Of a stretch of DNA of 64,000 bases, positions 43,825-52,678 are shown piece after piece. Source of the DNA: Terriglobia bacterium (GTDB taxonomy: Bacteria; Acidobacteriota; Terriglobia; Bryobacterales; Bryobacteraceae); contig JAJPIT010000017.1 of the NCBI GenBank assembly GCA_021324615.1, positions 19,021-83,020 on the forward strand, written 5' to 3'. The translations under genes and the position numbers were made by a program. The stretch's first letter is position 1, and the number at the start of each line of letters is the position of its first letter. Under the pieces are notes generated by a model. It was not told where the DNA came from, searched no databases, and saw only the letters and a list, made by a program, of their open reading frames with translations.

Positions 43825-43832
43825 ACTGCTTT

Positions 43833-44522
43833 GTGAGAATTTTGATTATTGACGACGATACCGAGTTGTGTGCGCTGCTCGATGAGTTTCTGAGCCGCGA
43901 GGGGTTTGAGACCAATGTGGCCCACGATGGCGCGCGCGGGCTGGAACGGGCCCGGACGGAAGCCTTCGACCTGGTCGTGCTGGATCTGATGCTGCCGCAG
44001 ATGGACGGATTGGCGCTGCTGCGCCAGCTTCGCGAGGTGAGCCGCGTGCCGGTGATCATCCTGACCGCGCGCGGCGAAGGCGAGGATCGCATCGCCGGGC
44101 TGGATTCGGGCGCCGACGACTATCTTGGCAAACCGTTCAATCCGCGCGAGCTGGTGGCGCGCATCCGGGCCGTTCTGCGGCGGGCGGCGCAGCGGCGCGG
44201 GCCCGTCGATGTGAACGGCGTCAGGCTCGATCCGGGAACGCGCGAGGTCTACTGCGACGGCCGCCGCGTCGAACTGACCACGCTCGAATTCGACATTCTG
44301 TAGCAACTGATGCGCTCGGCCGGCCAGGTGGTTTCGCGCGACGCGCTGATGAGCAGCATGTACAACCGCAAGGCCTCGCCCTTTGACCGCTCCATTGACA
44401 TGCACGTCAGCCATCTGCGCCGCAAGCTGGAAGCTCCGCGCGTGCTGATCAAGACCATTCGCGGCAGCGGCTATCAGTTCTGCAAATCCTCGGACGATTC
44501 GGCCGAGCGCGCCGCGACGTGA
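43833..44522 (+). pseudogene. OmpR/CpxR-family response regulator interrupted by an in-frame TAG (44301-44303)
   Basis: The receiver domain (VRILIIDDDTELCALL...DLVVLDLMLPQMDG...) and the winged-helix domain (QLMRSAGQVVSRDALMSSMYNRKASPFDRSIDMHVSHLRRKLE...IRGSGYQF) are in the same reading frame. They are separated only by TAG: ...TTLEFDIL*QLMRSAG.... Confidence 0.6.
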
Positions 44523-45808
44523 CGCTCTTCGCCAAAATTTTGGCCTGGTTCGTCATCGCGGTGCTGGCGACCGTGGCGGCGGCGGCGGCAACTTCCGTGC
44601 TGAGCTATAACCCGGCCTCGCCGCTGAGCGCGCCGTTCACCGTGTTGATGAAGATGGAGGCGGCCGAGGCGCGCCAGGCCTGGGAGGGCGGCGGGCGCGA
44701 TGCCCTGCGCCGCGCGCTCGATCGTTTTCTCCAGGTCACGCATTATCACGCGGTGGTCTTCGCCGACGCGCAGGGAACCGATCTGGCCACGGGCCAGCCG
44801 CGGCCCGATCTGCTGGAGATGGCGCGCCGCCATCCGGTGTTTCCGTTCTGGCGCAGCGGCGGGCTGGTATTCGCGGCGTTTTCACCGGACGGCAAATACT
44901 GTCTGCTGCTGATCACCCGGCCGCTGCGCCTGATTTACTCCAATCTTCAGCCGCTGCACCTGCTGGTGCTGGCGCCCGTTCTGGCGCTGTGCTACGCGCT
45001 CGCCTACTACCTCACCTCGCCGCTGCGGCCGCTGCAGCGGGCGGTGGAAAAGTTCGGGCGCGGCGACCTGTCGGCGCGCGCCCCCGCCGGCCGCAACGAC
45101 GCGTTCGGGGAGGTGGCCCGCACCTTCAATCAAATGGCGGAGCGCATGCAGAGCCTGCTGAGCGCCCAGCAGCGGCTGCTTCTGGATATCTCGCACGAGC
45201 TGCGCAGCCCCCTGGCGCGGCTGAGCGTGGCCATCGAACTGGCGCGAACCGGCGGCGCTTCTCTGGATCGGATACAGAAGGAAGCCGACCGTCTGAATGA
45301 ATTGATCGCGGAGATGCTCGAGGTCGCACGCATGGAGAACGATCCGGCAAGCCGCAAGGCCGAAGCGGTGCGGCTCGACGAGCTGGTCGGCGTATTGATT
45401 CACGATTGCCGCATCGAAGCCCAGGCGCGGGGATGCTCGCTCGAGCTGGATCCCGGCGGCGGCGTGTGGGTGGAAGGCGACCGCGAGCTGCTGCGGCGGG
45501 CCATTGAAAACGTCATGCGCAATGCGATCCGCTACGCGCCGGCGGATACGCGGGTTGAAGTGGCGCTCGAACACGCCGAGGGCCGGGCCTGCGTGCGGGT
45601 CCGCGATTACGGCCCCGGCGTTCCCGACGCCGCGCTGGCGCGCATCTTCGATCCGTTTTACCGCGTCGAGGCGGACCGCAATCGGACCCACGGCGGCTAC
45701 GGCCTGGGTCTTTCCATCGCCCGGCGCGCGGTCGAGCTGCATGGCGGCAAGCTGCGTGCGTCAAACGCCTTGCCCGGATTGCTGGTCGAAATCGAGCTGC
45801 CCGCCTAA
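44519..45808 (+). CDS. sensor histidine kinase (CpxA/EnvZ-like: 2 TM, HAMP, HisKA, HATPase_c)
   Basis: H-box is ISHELRSPLARL, the N-box is NVMRNAIRYAP, and G-boxes are RDYGPGVP and GYGLGLSIA. The GTG start overlaps the regulator stop (GTGA). Confidence 0.88.
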   Translation: MTLFAKILAWFVIAVLATVAAAAATSVLSYNPASPLSAPFTVLMKMEAAEARQAWEGGGRDALRRALDRFLQVTHYHAVVFADAQGTDLATGQPRPDLLEMARRHPVFPFWRSGGLVFAAFSPDGKYCLLLITRPLRLIYSNLQPLHLLVLAPVLALCYALAYYLTSPLRPLQRAVEKFGRGDLSARAPAGRNDAFGEVARTFNQMAERMQSLLSAQQRLLLDISHELRSPLARLSVAIELARTGGASLDRIQKEADRLNELIAEMLEVARMENDPASRKAEAVRLDELVGVLIHDCRIEAQARGCSLELDPGGGVWVEGDRELLRRAIENVMRNAIRYAPADTRVEVALEHAEGRACVRVRDYGPGVPDAALARIFDPFYRVEADRNRTHGGYGLGLSIARRAVELHGGKLRASNALPGLLVEIELPA

Positions 45809-45830
45809 CTCCCGCCGGAGCGGCGTCCGA

Positions 45831-45864
45831 GTCCCCGCGCCCTTCCGGCGCGGGACGGATTTTA
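45831..45864 (+). terminator. intrinsic terminator after the histidine kinase gene
   Basis: The stem GTCCCCGCGCC / GGCGCGGGAC has a 1-nt bulge and a 5-nt loop, and is followed by GGATTTTA. Confidence 0.5.
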
Positions 45865-45917
45865 CGGCAATGCCCAGATGGTTGGAACGGCCGGCCTCCG
45901 GGCGGCGTCTTCCGGAT

Positions 45918-46328
45918 ATGCGTCTGATCCGAAGTTTCGCCGCGTTTCTTGCCGCTTCATGGCTGTGTGCGACCGCCAGCGCGCAGACGGCCGCGCCGAC
46001 ACCGCCCTCCGATCCCAACACGCAGTTCATCGATCAGGTCTTACGGACCGCAACCGCGGTTCAGGCGCTGGTGAAGTCGATGAATCTGGACAAGGCGCTG
46101 GCCGCCCAGAATGTTTATCCTCCGGGCGATCCGCGATCCCTTCAGCGGACAGCGGAATTCATCGGCGTGGGCGCGGGCGTCGGCATGGCGCTGGGCGAAA
46201 TGGCGCACAGCCAGAAGGGTGCCTTGATCGGAGCCGCGGCGGGGGGCGCCGGCGGCTTGATCGCCGATCAGATCCTTCGGCGTCAAGCGGCGCGGATGCA
46301 AAAAGATCCGGCCGATCCGATCCGTTAG
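45918..46328 (+). CDS. small secreted protein with a C-terminal glycine-zipper segment
   Basis: Signal peptide MRLIRSFAAFLAASWLCATASAQ. The glycine-zipper segment is GVGAGVGMALGEMAHSQKGALIGAAAGGAGGLIADQ. Confidence 0.5.
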   Translation: MRLIRSFAAFLAASWLCATASAQTAAPTPPSDPNTQFIDQVLRTATAVQALVKSMNLDKALAAQNVYPPGDPRSLQRTAEFIGVGAGVGMALGEMAHSQKGALIGAAAGGAGGLIADQILRRQAARMQKDPADPIR

Positions 46329-46873
46329 CGCTGGCTCGCCGGGCCGGCCTGAACTCGCTGATTGAACTCCGCGGAGCGATTCCGCGGCACGCTCAACGTC
46401 TGCCACTTGTCGTGCGCGAAGTGTTTGGCCAGCAGCACGATCTGGCCGATGTGACTGGCGTAATGGGCGAGCGCGCGATTGATCGCCTGCAGGACCGAAT
46501 GCGCCTCCCCGCGGATGGTCACGGTGCGCGCCAGGTCCGCTTCGGCCAGCGGCTCCAGAGCGGCGAAGACCAACCGCCAACCCTCCTCCCAGCGTTTCAT
46601 CAGATCCTCGCGGGTGGGCGGCGGCTCAACGAACTCGCTGTCCCGGTTGCGGTCCGGCTTTTCGCCGTCGGTGGTGAGAAAATCGGTCCAGCGGGACCGC
46701 ATGTTGCCGGTCATGTGCTTGACGATGATGGCAATGGAGTTCATCTCGCGGTCGAGCGTTTGATAGAGCTGTTCGTCGGTGACCTGGGCCATCGCTTGCT
46801 CGGCCATTTTTTTGTACTGCCGCAGAACGGCGAGCGAATCTTCCAGGTAGGATGTGGTGAATTTCAGGGGCAT
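46325..46873 (-). CDS. DinB-superfamily protein (DUF1572-like)
   Basis: 182 aa helical protein with the spaced His pattern (VKHMTGNMRSRW ... HYASHIGQIVLLAKHF) seen in DinB/YfiT-fold proteins. Confidence 0.6.
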   Translation of the reverse strand: MPLKFTTSYLEDSLAVLRQYKKMAEQAMAQVTDEQLYQTLDREMNSIAIIVKHMTGNMRSRWTDFLTTDGEKPDRNRDSEFVEPPPTREDLMKRWEEGWRLVFAALEPLAEADLARTVTIRGEAHSVLQAINRALAHYASHIGQIVLLAKHFAHDKWQTLSVPRNRSAEFNQRVQAGPASQR

Positions 46874-46947
46874 GCTTCCATGTTGCGATAAAATCGGCGC
46901 CGCAGGAGTACCGCAACACCGCGCGGGCAGAGGGAGCCAGCCGGGCG

Positions 46948-47577
46948 TTAGTCGATCAGGCCGGCGCGCAGCGCAAAGCGCACCAGCTCGCCGGTGGAGT
47001 GGAGATTCAACTTTTCCATGATCCGGCCGCGGTGCGCCTCCACGGTATAGACGCTGAGGTTGAGCGCGGTGGCGATCTCCTTGTTGGTCTTCCCTTCCGC
47101 GATCATTTGCAGAACTTCGCGCTCGCGGCTGGTCAGCAGATCCAGAGGATCGGTGACGTGGCGGCGATAATCGGTGAGCACGGCGTCGGATACGGCGGGA
47201 CTGAGCCAGGCTTCGCCTTTGGCGATGCTGCGCACGGCGGCGATCAGATCGGAGTCGGCCGAATCTTTTAGCAGATAGCCGCGCGCGCCGGCGCGCAGAA
47301 TTTCGCGGACGTAGACCGCGTCCTTGTGCATGCTCAAGGCCAGCACGCGGGCCCGCGGCGCCACGTCGGCGAGGCGGCGCGTGGCTTCGATGCCGTTCAG
47401 CTCCGGCATGGTGACGTCCATAATGACCACGTCCGGCTGAAGCTTTTCGGCCAGCTCAAGAACCTCGCGGCCGTTGCCCGCTTCGCCCACGATCTGCAAG
47501 TCGGGTTGGGCGGACAGAATCATCTTGAAGCCCTGGCGCACCAGGACGTGATCGTCGGCTAACAGAATTTTCGTCAC
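46948..47577 (-). CDS. NarL/FixJ-family response regulator (REC + LuxR-type HTH)
   Basis: The receiver carries MTKILLADDHVLVRQG and DVVIMDVTMPELNG. The C-terminal HTH reads LTSREREVLQMIAEGKTNKEIATALNLSVYTVEAHR. Confidence 0.9.
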   Translation of the reverse strand: MTKILLADDHVLVRQGFKMILSAQPDLQIVGEAGNGREVLELAEKLQPDVVIMDVTMPELNGIEATRRLADVAPRARVLALSMHKDAVYVREILRAGARGYLLKDSADSDLIAAVRSIAKGEAWLSPAVSDAVLTDYRRHVTDPLDLLTSREREVLQMIAEGKTNKEIATALNLSVYTVEAHRGRIMEKLNLHSTGELVRFALRAGLID

Positions 47578-48851
47578 GGCTCTTTCCCCGCCGGCTTGCC
47601 TCGCGGCGCCGAGACTTCTATAGTGACACCGGCGCCGGGATGGGATTTGATGGTAAGCTCCCCGCCGGCGCTGCGGGCTCGGGCGCGCATGCCGATCAGG
47701 CCCATGCCGCCCCCGTTTCTGGACGGCTGCAAACCCCGGCCGTTGTCGTGAATGGTCAGATGAACGGTGTCCGGCCCGGCCCGGAGATGAATGGTGGCTT
47801 GCGTGGCGCCGGAGTGGCGGGCGATATTGGTGAGCGCTTCCTGCACGATGCGGAACAGATGCGTCTCGGTCTCATCGGCCAGCCGGCCGGTGAATTCGCT
47901 GCGGTAGTCGGTTTCGATCCCGGTGCGCTCACGGAAGCGGTCGGCCAGCCAGCGGATGCCGGCATCGAGCCCGAAATCATCGAGGATGGTGGGGCGCAGA
48001 AGCTGCGAAAGCTCGCGCACGTTGGAAATCGCCCCCTCTACCAGCTTGAGGGAGTCCTCCACGCGCTGCCGGTCGGCGCCGGAGGCGGCCAGCGCGGCCA
48101 GATTGGTCTTGATCGCAGTCAGCGCGCCGCCCAGTTCGTCGTGCAGTTCATGCGAGAACCGCCGCGCGACGGACTCCTGCGTTTCGAGCATGCGGAAGGA
48201 AACGCGGCTTAGCTCGCTGGTCTGCGCCTCCATCTGCCGGAAAACGCCGGCGGCGATGCGCACCGTAGTGCCGGCGGAGATGAGCGCCACCAGCAGGCAT
48301 CCTCCGAACAGCAGCAGCGCGTCCTGAACAAAGCGCCGCGCCTGGCGGTCCATGGCCTCGTTGATCTCCACCGCGCGGGCGTAGCTGGAATCGACCAGGC
48401 GCGCCACGTCGGCGGAAACACGCTGGTGCAGGGTGAACAAATCGCGCGAGGAGTGCACCGGAATTTTGGCGTGGGACAAAAGCTGGCGCGCCTCGGCGGA
48501 AAAGTCCTGAACCGCGCGCTCCAGCGCGTTCCAGGCGTCCTCGTCCGGCCCTCCGCGGGCGGCCGCCACCATGCGGTGAATTTCGCGGTCGGTTTGATCG
48601 AGGTCGGCCAGGACGCGGTCCCGGTCCACCTGATCGGGAGCGCGGGAAAGCTGATAGAAGGCCGCGTTGAGGACCTGCTGTTCGCGGTCCACTTCGTCCT
48701 GAAGCCGGGTAATGACCAGCTCGCTGCTCATCAGGCTGCGGGCGCTGGCGCGGATGGCATCGGCGTCGTCCACCCCGATGATCGCGGCGGCGATCAGCAT
48801 GGTGATGACAAGCGCGAATCCGATCAGCAGGACGCGAAGCAGAGCGCGCAT
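47574..48851 (-). CDS. sensor histidine kinase, HisKA_3 (NarX/DegS-like) class
   Basis: The H-box is SHELHDELGGALTAIK and the ATPase domain carries HDNGRGL and GMGLIGMRARA. One N-terminal TM segment is present. A 4-nt overlap links it to the downstream regulator. Confidence 0.88.
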   Translation of the reverse strand: MRALLRVLLIGFALVITMLIAAAIIGVDDADAIRASARSLMSSELVITRLQDEVDREQQVLNAAFYQLSRAPDQVDRDRVLADLDQTDREIHRMVAAARGGPDEDAWNALERAVQDFSAEARQLLSHAKIPVHSSRDLFTLHQRVSADVARLVDSSYARAVEINEAMDRQARRFVQDALLLFGGCLLVALISAGTTVRIAAGVFRQMEAQTSELSRVSFRMLETQESVARRFSHELHDELGGALTAIKTNLAALAASGADRQRVEDSLKLVEGAISNVRELSQLLRPTILDDFGLDAGIRWLADRFRERTGIETDYRSEFTGRLADETETHLFRIVQEALTNIARHSGATQATIHLRAGPDTVHLTIHDNGRGLQPSRNGGGMGLIGMRARARSAGGELTIKSHPGAGVTIEVSAPRGKPAGKEP

Positions 48852-49017
48852 TCTGAATCTACTTTCAGATTAATGTCGTTCATTAAAATTTGCTCGGCCC
48901 CAATCGCTCAACAAGGCCGGGCGGCGTAGCTTTTCGAGGTGATCGCGCACCGGCCGCGCCGGGCGCAACATGGAGGCGTGGGTGGAAACAAGCACCCCGA
49001 TCAAAGGAGAAAAGAGA

Positions 49018-49212
49018 ATGAGACGCCTGGTTTTGACATCGTTATTCGCCGCGGCCGCGGTTTTTGCGCAATCGGGGGCAGCGCCCGCCACGCAGAGCAC
49101 GCCCGCCAAGGCGCCGGCCCAGAAATCGGCCGCGAAATCGGTGAAGAAGCATAAAAAGAGCGGCAAGAAGGCTACGCCACCCGCGGCCGCCAAGACCGCG
49201 CAGTCCAAGTAG
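49018..49212 (+). CDS. small secreted Lys/Ala/Pro-rich basic protein (64 aa)
   Basis: AAAGGAG lies upstream of the ATG at 49018. The signal peptide MRRLVLTSLFAAAAVFAQ is followed by SGAAPATQSTPAKAPAQKSAAKSVKKHKKSGKKATPPAAAKTAQSK. A terminator hairpin follows. Confidence 0.5.
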   Translation: MRRLVLTSLFAAAAVFAQSGAAPATQSTPAKAPAQKSAAKSVKKHKKSGKKATPPAAAKTAQSK

Positions 49213-49219
49213 TCTGTTA

Positions 49220-49264
49220 GGGGGCGGGAGGATCGGCGCGCGGCCGGTTATCCCGCCCCATTTT
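49220..49264 (+). terminator. intrinsic terminator; its right arm overlaps the 3' end of the convergent wecB
   Basis: GGGGGCGGGA ... TCCCGCCCC (a 9-bp stem with a structured loop of about 21 nt) is followed by ATTTT. Confidence 0.45.
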
Positions 49265-50429
49265 CACGAAGGATGCGCTCAATATACTCGCTTGCGCGGC
49301 CGTCGCCATACGGATTATGAAGCCGCGACATCCGTTCGAATTCGCGGGGGTCCTCCAGAAGCCGCGTGGTTTCCGAAACAATTTTCGACACCTCCGTGCC
49401 GACCAGTTTCACCGTGCCGGCCTCCACCGCCTCCGGCCGCTCGGTTTTTTCGCGCAGAACCAGAATCGGCTTGCCCAGCGACGGACCTTCCTCCTGAATC
49501 CCGCCCGAGTCGGTCAGGATCAGATAGGCGCGGCGCATCAGATCGACAAAACGAACATAGTCGAGCGGCTCGGCCAGCGTGATATTGGGGTGCCCGCGCA
49601 GCCAGCGGTCCGCGGCGCGGCGGACGTTGGGATTGGGATGAACCGGATAGATCACGCGCACGTCCGGCCGGCCGGCGATTTGCGACACCGCCTGGCAGAT
49701 GCGGTCGAATCCCTCGCCAAAGCTTTCCCGGCGATGCGCGGTGACCAGGATGAGTTTCTTTTCCGGGCTGGGCCATTCGGCGGAGGGCAGTTCGCCGCGG
49801 TCCAGGCGGTCGCGGATATACAGCACGGCATCGATGCCGGTGTTGCCGGTGACGTGGACTCCGGTGGTGATGCCCTCCCGGGCCAGATTCGCCGCGGCAG
49901 CCGCCGTCGGCGCGAAGTGCAGCGCCGCGATGCGGGCGGCCAGCGCGCGATTGGCTTCCTCCGGGAAGGGCTGCGCGAGATCGCCGGTGCGCAGGCCGGC
50001 TTCGACGTGCGCCACCGGAACGCGCGCGTAGAACGCCGCCAGCGCGCCGCAGAACGTCGTCGTCGTATCGCCCTGCACCATGGCCAGATCGGGCTTGCAA
50101 TCGCCAAGCACGCGCTCCAGGCCGGCGACGATGCGCGAGGTGGACTCAAACAGCGTCTGGCCGGGGGTCATCAGATCGAGATCGTAGTCCGGCCGGATGC
50201 CGAAGGCGCTCAGAACCTGGTCCAGCATCGCGCGATGCTGCGCGGTGACGCAGACTCGTACGCGATAGCGCTCGGGAAAGCGGCCGAGATACCGGATCAG
50301 AGCCGCGAGCTTGATCGCTTCCGGCCGGGTGCCGAAGATGAACAGGATGGTCCGCTGCAACTTTTCATAGTAGACCGGAACGCGCGCCGGGCTTGCTTCC
50401 CTGCCCCGCCCGGGCTCGCCGGCGGGCAT
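49248..50429 (-). CDS. wecB: UDP-N-acetylglucosamine 2-epimerase (non-hydrolysing), WecB/MnaA
   Basis: Contains ILFIFGTRPEAIKLA, VQGDTTT, HVEAGLRT and LILTDSGGIQEE. The true start may be the in-frame TTG at 50360 (MQRTILFIFGTRPE). Confidence 0.88.
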   Translation of the reverse strand: MPAGEPGRGREASPARVPVYYEKLQRTILFIFGTRPEAIKLAALIRYLGRFPERYRVRVCVTAQHRAMLDQVLSAFGIRPDYDLDLMTPGQTLFESTSRIVAGLERVLGDCKPDLAMVQGDTTTTFCGALAAFYARVPVAHVEAGLRTGDLAQPFPEEANRALAARIAALHFAPTAAAAANLAREGITTGVHVTGNTGIDAVLYIRDRLDRGELPSAEWPSPEKKLILVTAHRRESFGEGFDRICQAVSQIAGRPDVRVIYPVHPNPNVRRAADRWLRGHPNITLAEPLDYVRFVDLMRRAYLILTDSGGIQEEGPSLGKPILVLREKTERPEAVEAGTVKLVGTEVSKIVSETTRLLEDPREFERMSRLHNPYGDGRASEYIERILRENGAG

Positions 50430-50449
50430 AACCGTTAAACTGTAAGCGT

Positions 50450-51139
50450 ATGCGCATCCTCGTCGTGGAAGACGAAAAACGGATCGCCGACTTCCTGTCG
50501 CGTGGGCTGGAAAGCGCCGGTTACGCTGTCGATGTGGCCGGCGACGGCCGCCGCGCCGTCGACATGGTTCACGCCACCGAATATGATCTCATCATTCTGG
50601 ACCTGGGCCTGCCCGACATCGACGGCCTGGCGGTTCTGCAAAAAATCCGCAACCGCAAATCCAGCCCGCCGGTGCTGATCCTCAGCGCCCGCGATCAGGT
50701 GGACGACCGCGTCAAGGGCCTGGAGGGCGGCGCCGACGACTATCTGGTAAAGCCGTTCGCCTTCGTCGAGCTTCTGGCCCGCGTCCGCGTGCTGCTGCGG
50801 CGCGGCCAGCCCACGCCGGAAAAACTGCAAGTGGGCGAGCTTTCGCTGGACTGCATCCGGCGCAAAGTCACCCGCGCCGGCGAAAATATCGAGCTGGCGC
50901 CGAAGGAGTTCAGCATCCTCGAATATTTAATGCGCAACCGCGGCCGCCCGCTCAGCCGCACCATGATCGTCGAGCACGTCTGGGACATGGATTACGACGG
51001 GCTTACCAACATCGTGGACGTCTATATCCGCCATCTGCGCTCGAAAATCGACGACAAGTGGCCGGTGAAGATGATCCAGACCGTGCGCGGCATCGGCTAC
51101 ATGCTCGATGAGCCGGAGCGCGCCGAAAAATCCTCCTGA
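50450..51139 (+). CDS. OmpR-family response regulator (CusR/CopR-like)
   Basis: The receiver carries MRILVVEDEKRIADFLSRGLESAGYAVD and DLIILDLGLPDIDG. The wHTH carries LAPKEFSILEYLMRNRGRPLSR and VRGIGYML. Confidence 0.9.
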   Translation: MRILVVEDEKRIADFLSRGLESAGYAVDVAGDGRRAVDMVHATEYDLIILDLGLPDIDGLAVLQKIRNRKSSPPVLILSARDQVDDRVKGLEGGADDYLVKPFAFVELLARVRVLLRRGQPTPEKLQVGELSLDCIRRKVTRAGENIELAPKEFSILEYLMRNRGRPLSRTMIVEHVWDMDYDGLTNIVDVYIRHLRSKIDDKWPVKMIQTVRGIGYMLDEPERAEKSS

Positions 51140-52635
51140 TGGCCCGCTTCACCCGAGTCTTCGCCGTTCCCAAGCCGCGCGTCGATTTCCTGCGCGGGAT
51201 GCGATTCCGGCTGATGGTGAGCTTCGTGATCTTCTTCACCATCCTGCTGGTGGTGGTCGGCCTGGTGTTCCACAAGACCTTGCAACTGGAAACCGAGCGC
51301 GACGTGCGCGACGCGCTCGATGAAGAGTGGTTTGAAGCCAAGGGATATTTGAAGATCGAAAAACAGCGGCCGGTGTGGGTGGCCGATGAAAGCGATCCCG
51401 AGGACAACTTCATCGTGAGCCGGCTCAAGCACGTTTATCTGATCACCGACGCCAACGGCAACGCGCTTCAGTACGACGACACTTACGAATCGATCGGCCT
51501 CGATTCGCTCGACGAGATCCGGCGCGTTCTGGCGCTGCCAGGCCCGGAAACGCGCGTCCGCTGGTCCCGGGACGGGACGCCTTACCTGGTCAAGGCGGGA
51601 AAGATTCTCGATGAGGACAGCCGCCAGCCGTACTTCCTGGCCATCGGCCGCTCGCTGGCGCCGGCGCGCAAGACGGTGAGCGACTTCACCCGCAATTATT
51701 TTTACATGCTGCCGGCGATGATCGCCTTCAGCGGCCTGCTCGGATGGGTGCTGGCCGGGCGCGCCATTCAGCCGGTCAACTCCGTCGCGCAAGCCGCGCA
51801 AACCATCACCGGATCGAACCTTTCGCTGCAAATTCCGCTGCGCGGCGCCGGCGACGAGCTGGACCGCCTCATCGAAAGCTTCAACAAGATGACGGCGCGG
51901 CTCAATCAATCCTTCGAGCAGATCCGCCGTTTCTCCACCGATGTTTCGCACGAGCTGCGCACCCCGCTCACCGCCATCCGCGGCCAGCTCGAAGTGGCGC
52001 TGTTCACCGCCCAAACGCCGGATCAGTACCGCGAGGCGATGCTCAACGCTCTGGAAGACGTCGAAAAGCTATCGAGCATCGTGCGCGCGCTGCTGCTTCT
52101 TTCGCAGGCCGAATCCGGGCAGCTCGCGCTGCAAAAATCCCCCCTCGATCTCGCCGTTCTGGCGCGCGACGTCGTCGATCAGTTTCAGATCCCGGCCGAA
52201 GAAAAAGACGTCCGGCTCACCGCCGAGCTGGAGGCGCCCGCGGTGGTCTCCGCCGACCACACCCAGATCGAGCGGCTGCTCTCGAATCTGCTTTCCAACG
52301 CGGTCAAGTACACCCCGCGCGGCGGATCGGTGCGCGTGCGCGTCGGTCCCGGTGAGGGGCCGGGTTGGGCGCAGATCGTGGTCGAGGACACCGGCGTGGG
52401 AATTCCCGCCGAGAATCTGCCGCACATTTTCGACCGCTTTTACCGGGTCCGCAACGCGCAGACCGAATCCGTGGCCGGCCTCGGCCTGGGCTTGAGCTTC
52501 GTCGCCTGGATCGTCGAGGTTCATGGCGGCCGCATCGAGGTCGCCAGCACCGAGGGCGAAGGCACGCGCTTCACCGTTCTGCTTCCCGCCGAACCGTCCC
52601 CGGTCCCCGCGCCGGAAACCGAGGCGGTCGCCTAG
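51139..52635 (+). CDS. sensor histidine kinase (heavy-metal-sensor CusS-like architecture: TM, periplasmic domain, TM, HAMP, HisKA, HATPase_c)
   Basis: The H-box is FSTDVSHELRTPLTAIRGQLEVAL. Other motifs are LLSNAVKYTP, DTGVGIP and GLGLGLSFV. Its start overlaps the regulator stop. Confidence 0.85.
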   Translation: MARFTRVFAVPKPRVDFLRGMRFRLMVSFVIFFTILLVVVGLVFHKTLQLETERDVRDALDEEWFEAKGYLKIEKQRPVWVADESDPEDNFIVSRLKHVYLITDANGNALQYDDTYESIGLDSLDEIRRVLALPGPETRVRWSRDGTPYLVKAGKILDEDSRQPYFLAIGRSLAPARKTVSDFTRNYFYMLPAMIAFSGLLGWVLAGRAIQPVNSVAQAAQTITGSNLSLQIPLRGAGDELDRLIESFNKMTARLNQSFEQIRRFSTDVSHELRTPLTAIRGQLEVALFTAQTPDQYREAMLNALEDVEKLSSIVRALLLLSQAESGQLALQKSPLDLAVLARDVVDQFQIPAEEKDVRLTAELEAPAVVSADHTQIERLLSNLLSNAVKYTPRGGSVRVRVGPGEGPGWAQIVVEDTGVGIPAENLPHIFDRFYRVRNAQTESVAGLGLGLSFVAWIVEVHGGRIEVASTEGEGTRFTVLLPAEPSPVPAPETEAVA

Positions 52636-52678
52636 CGCCCGTCTCCAGCACCCGCCCGGGCGCGGCGCCGCCGTGGCG

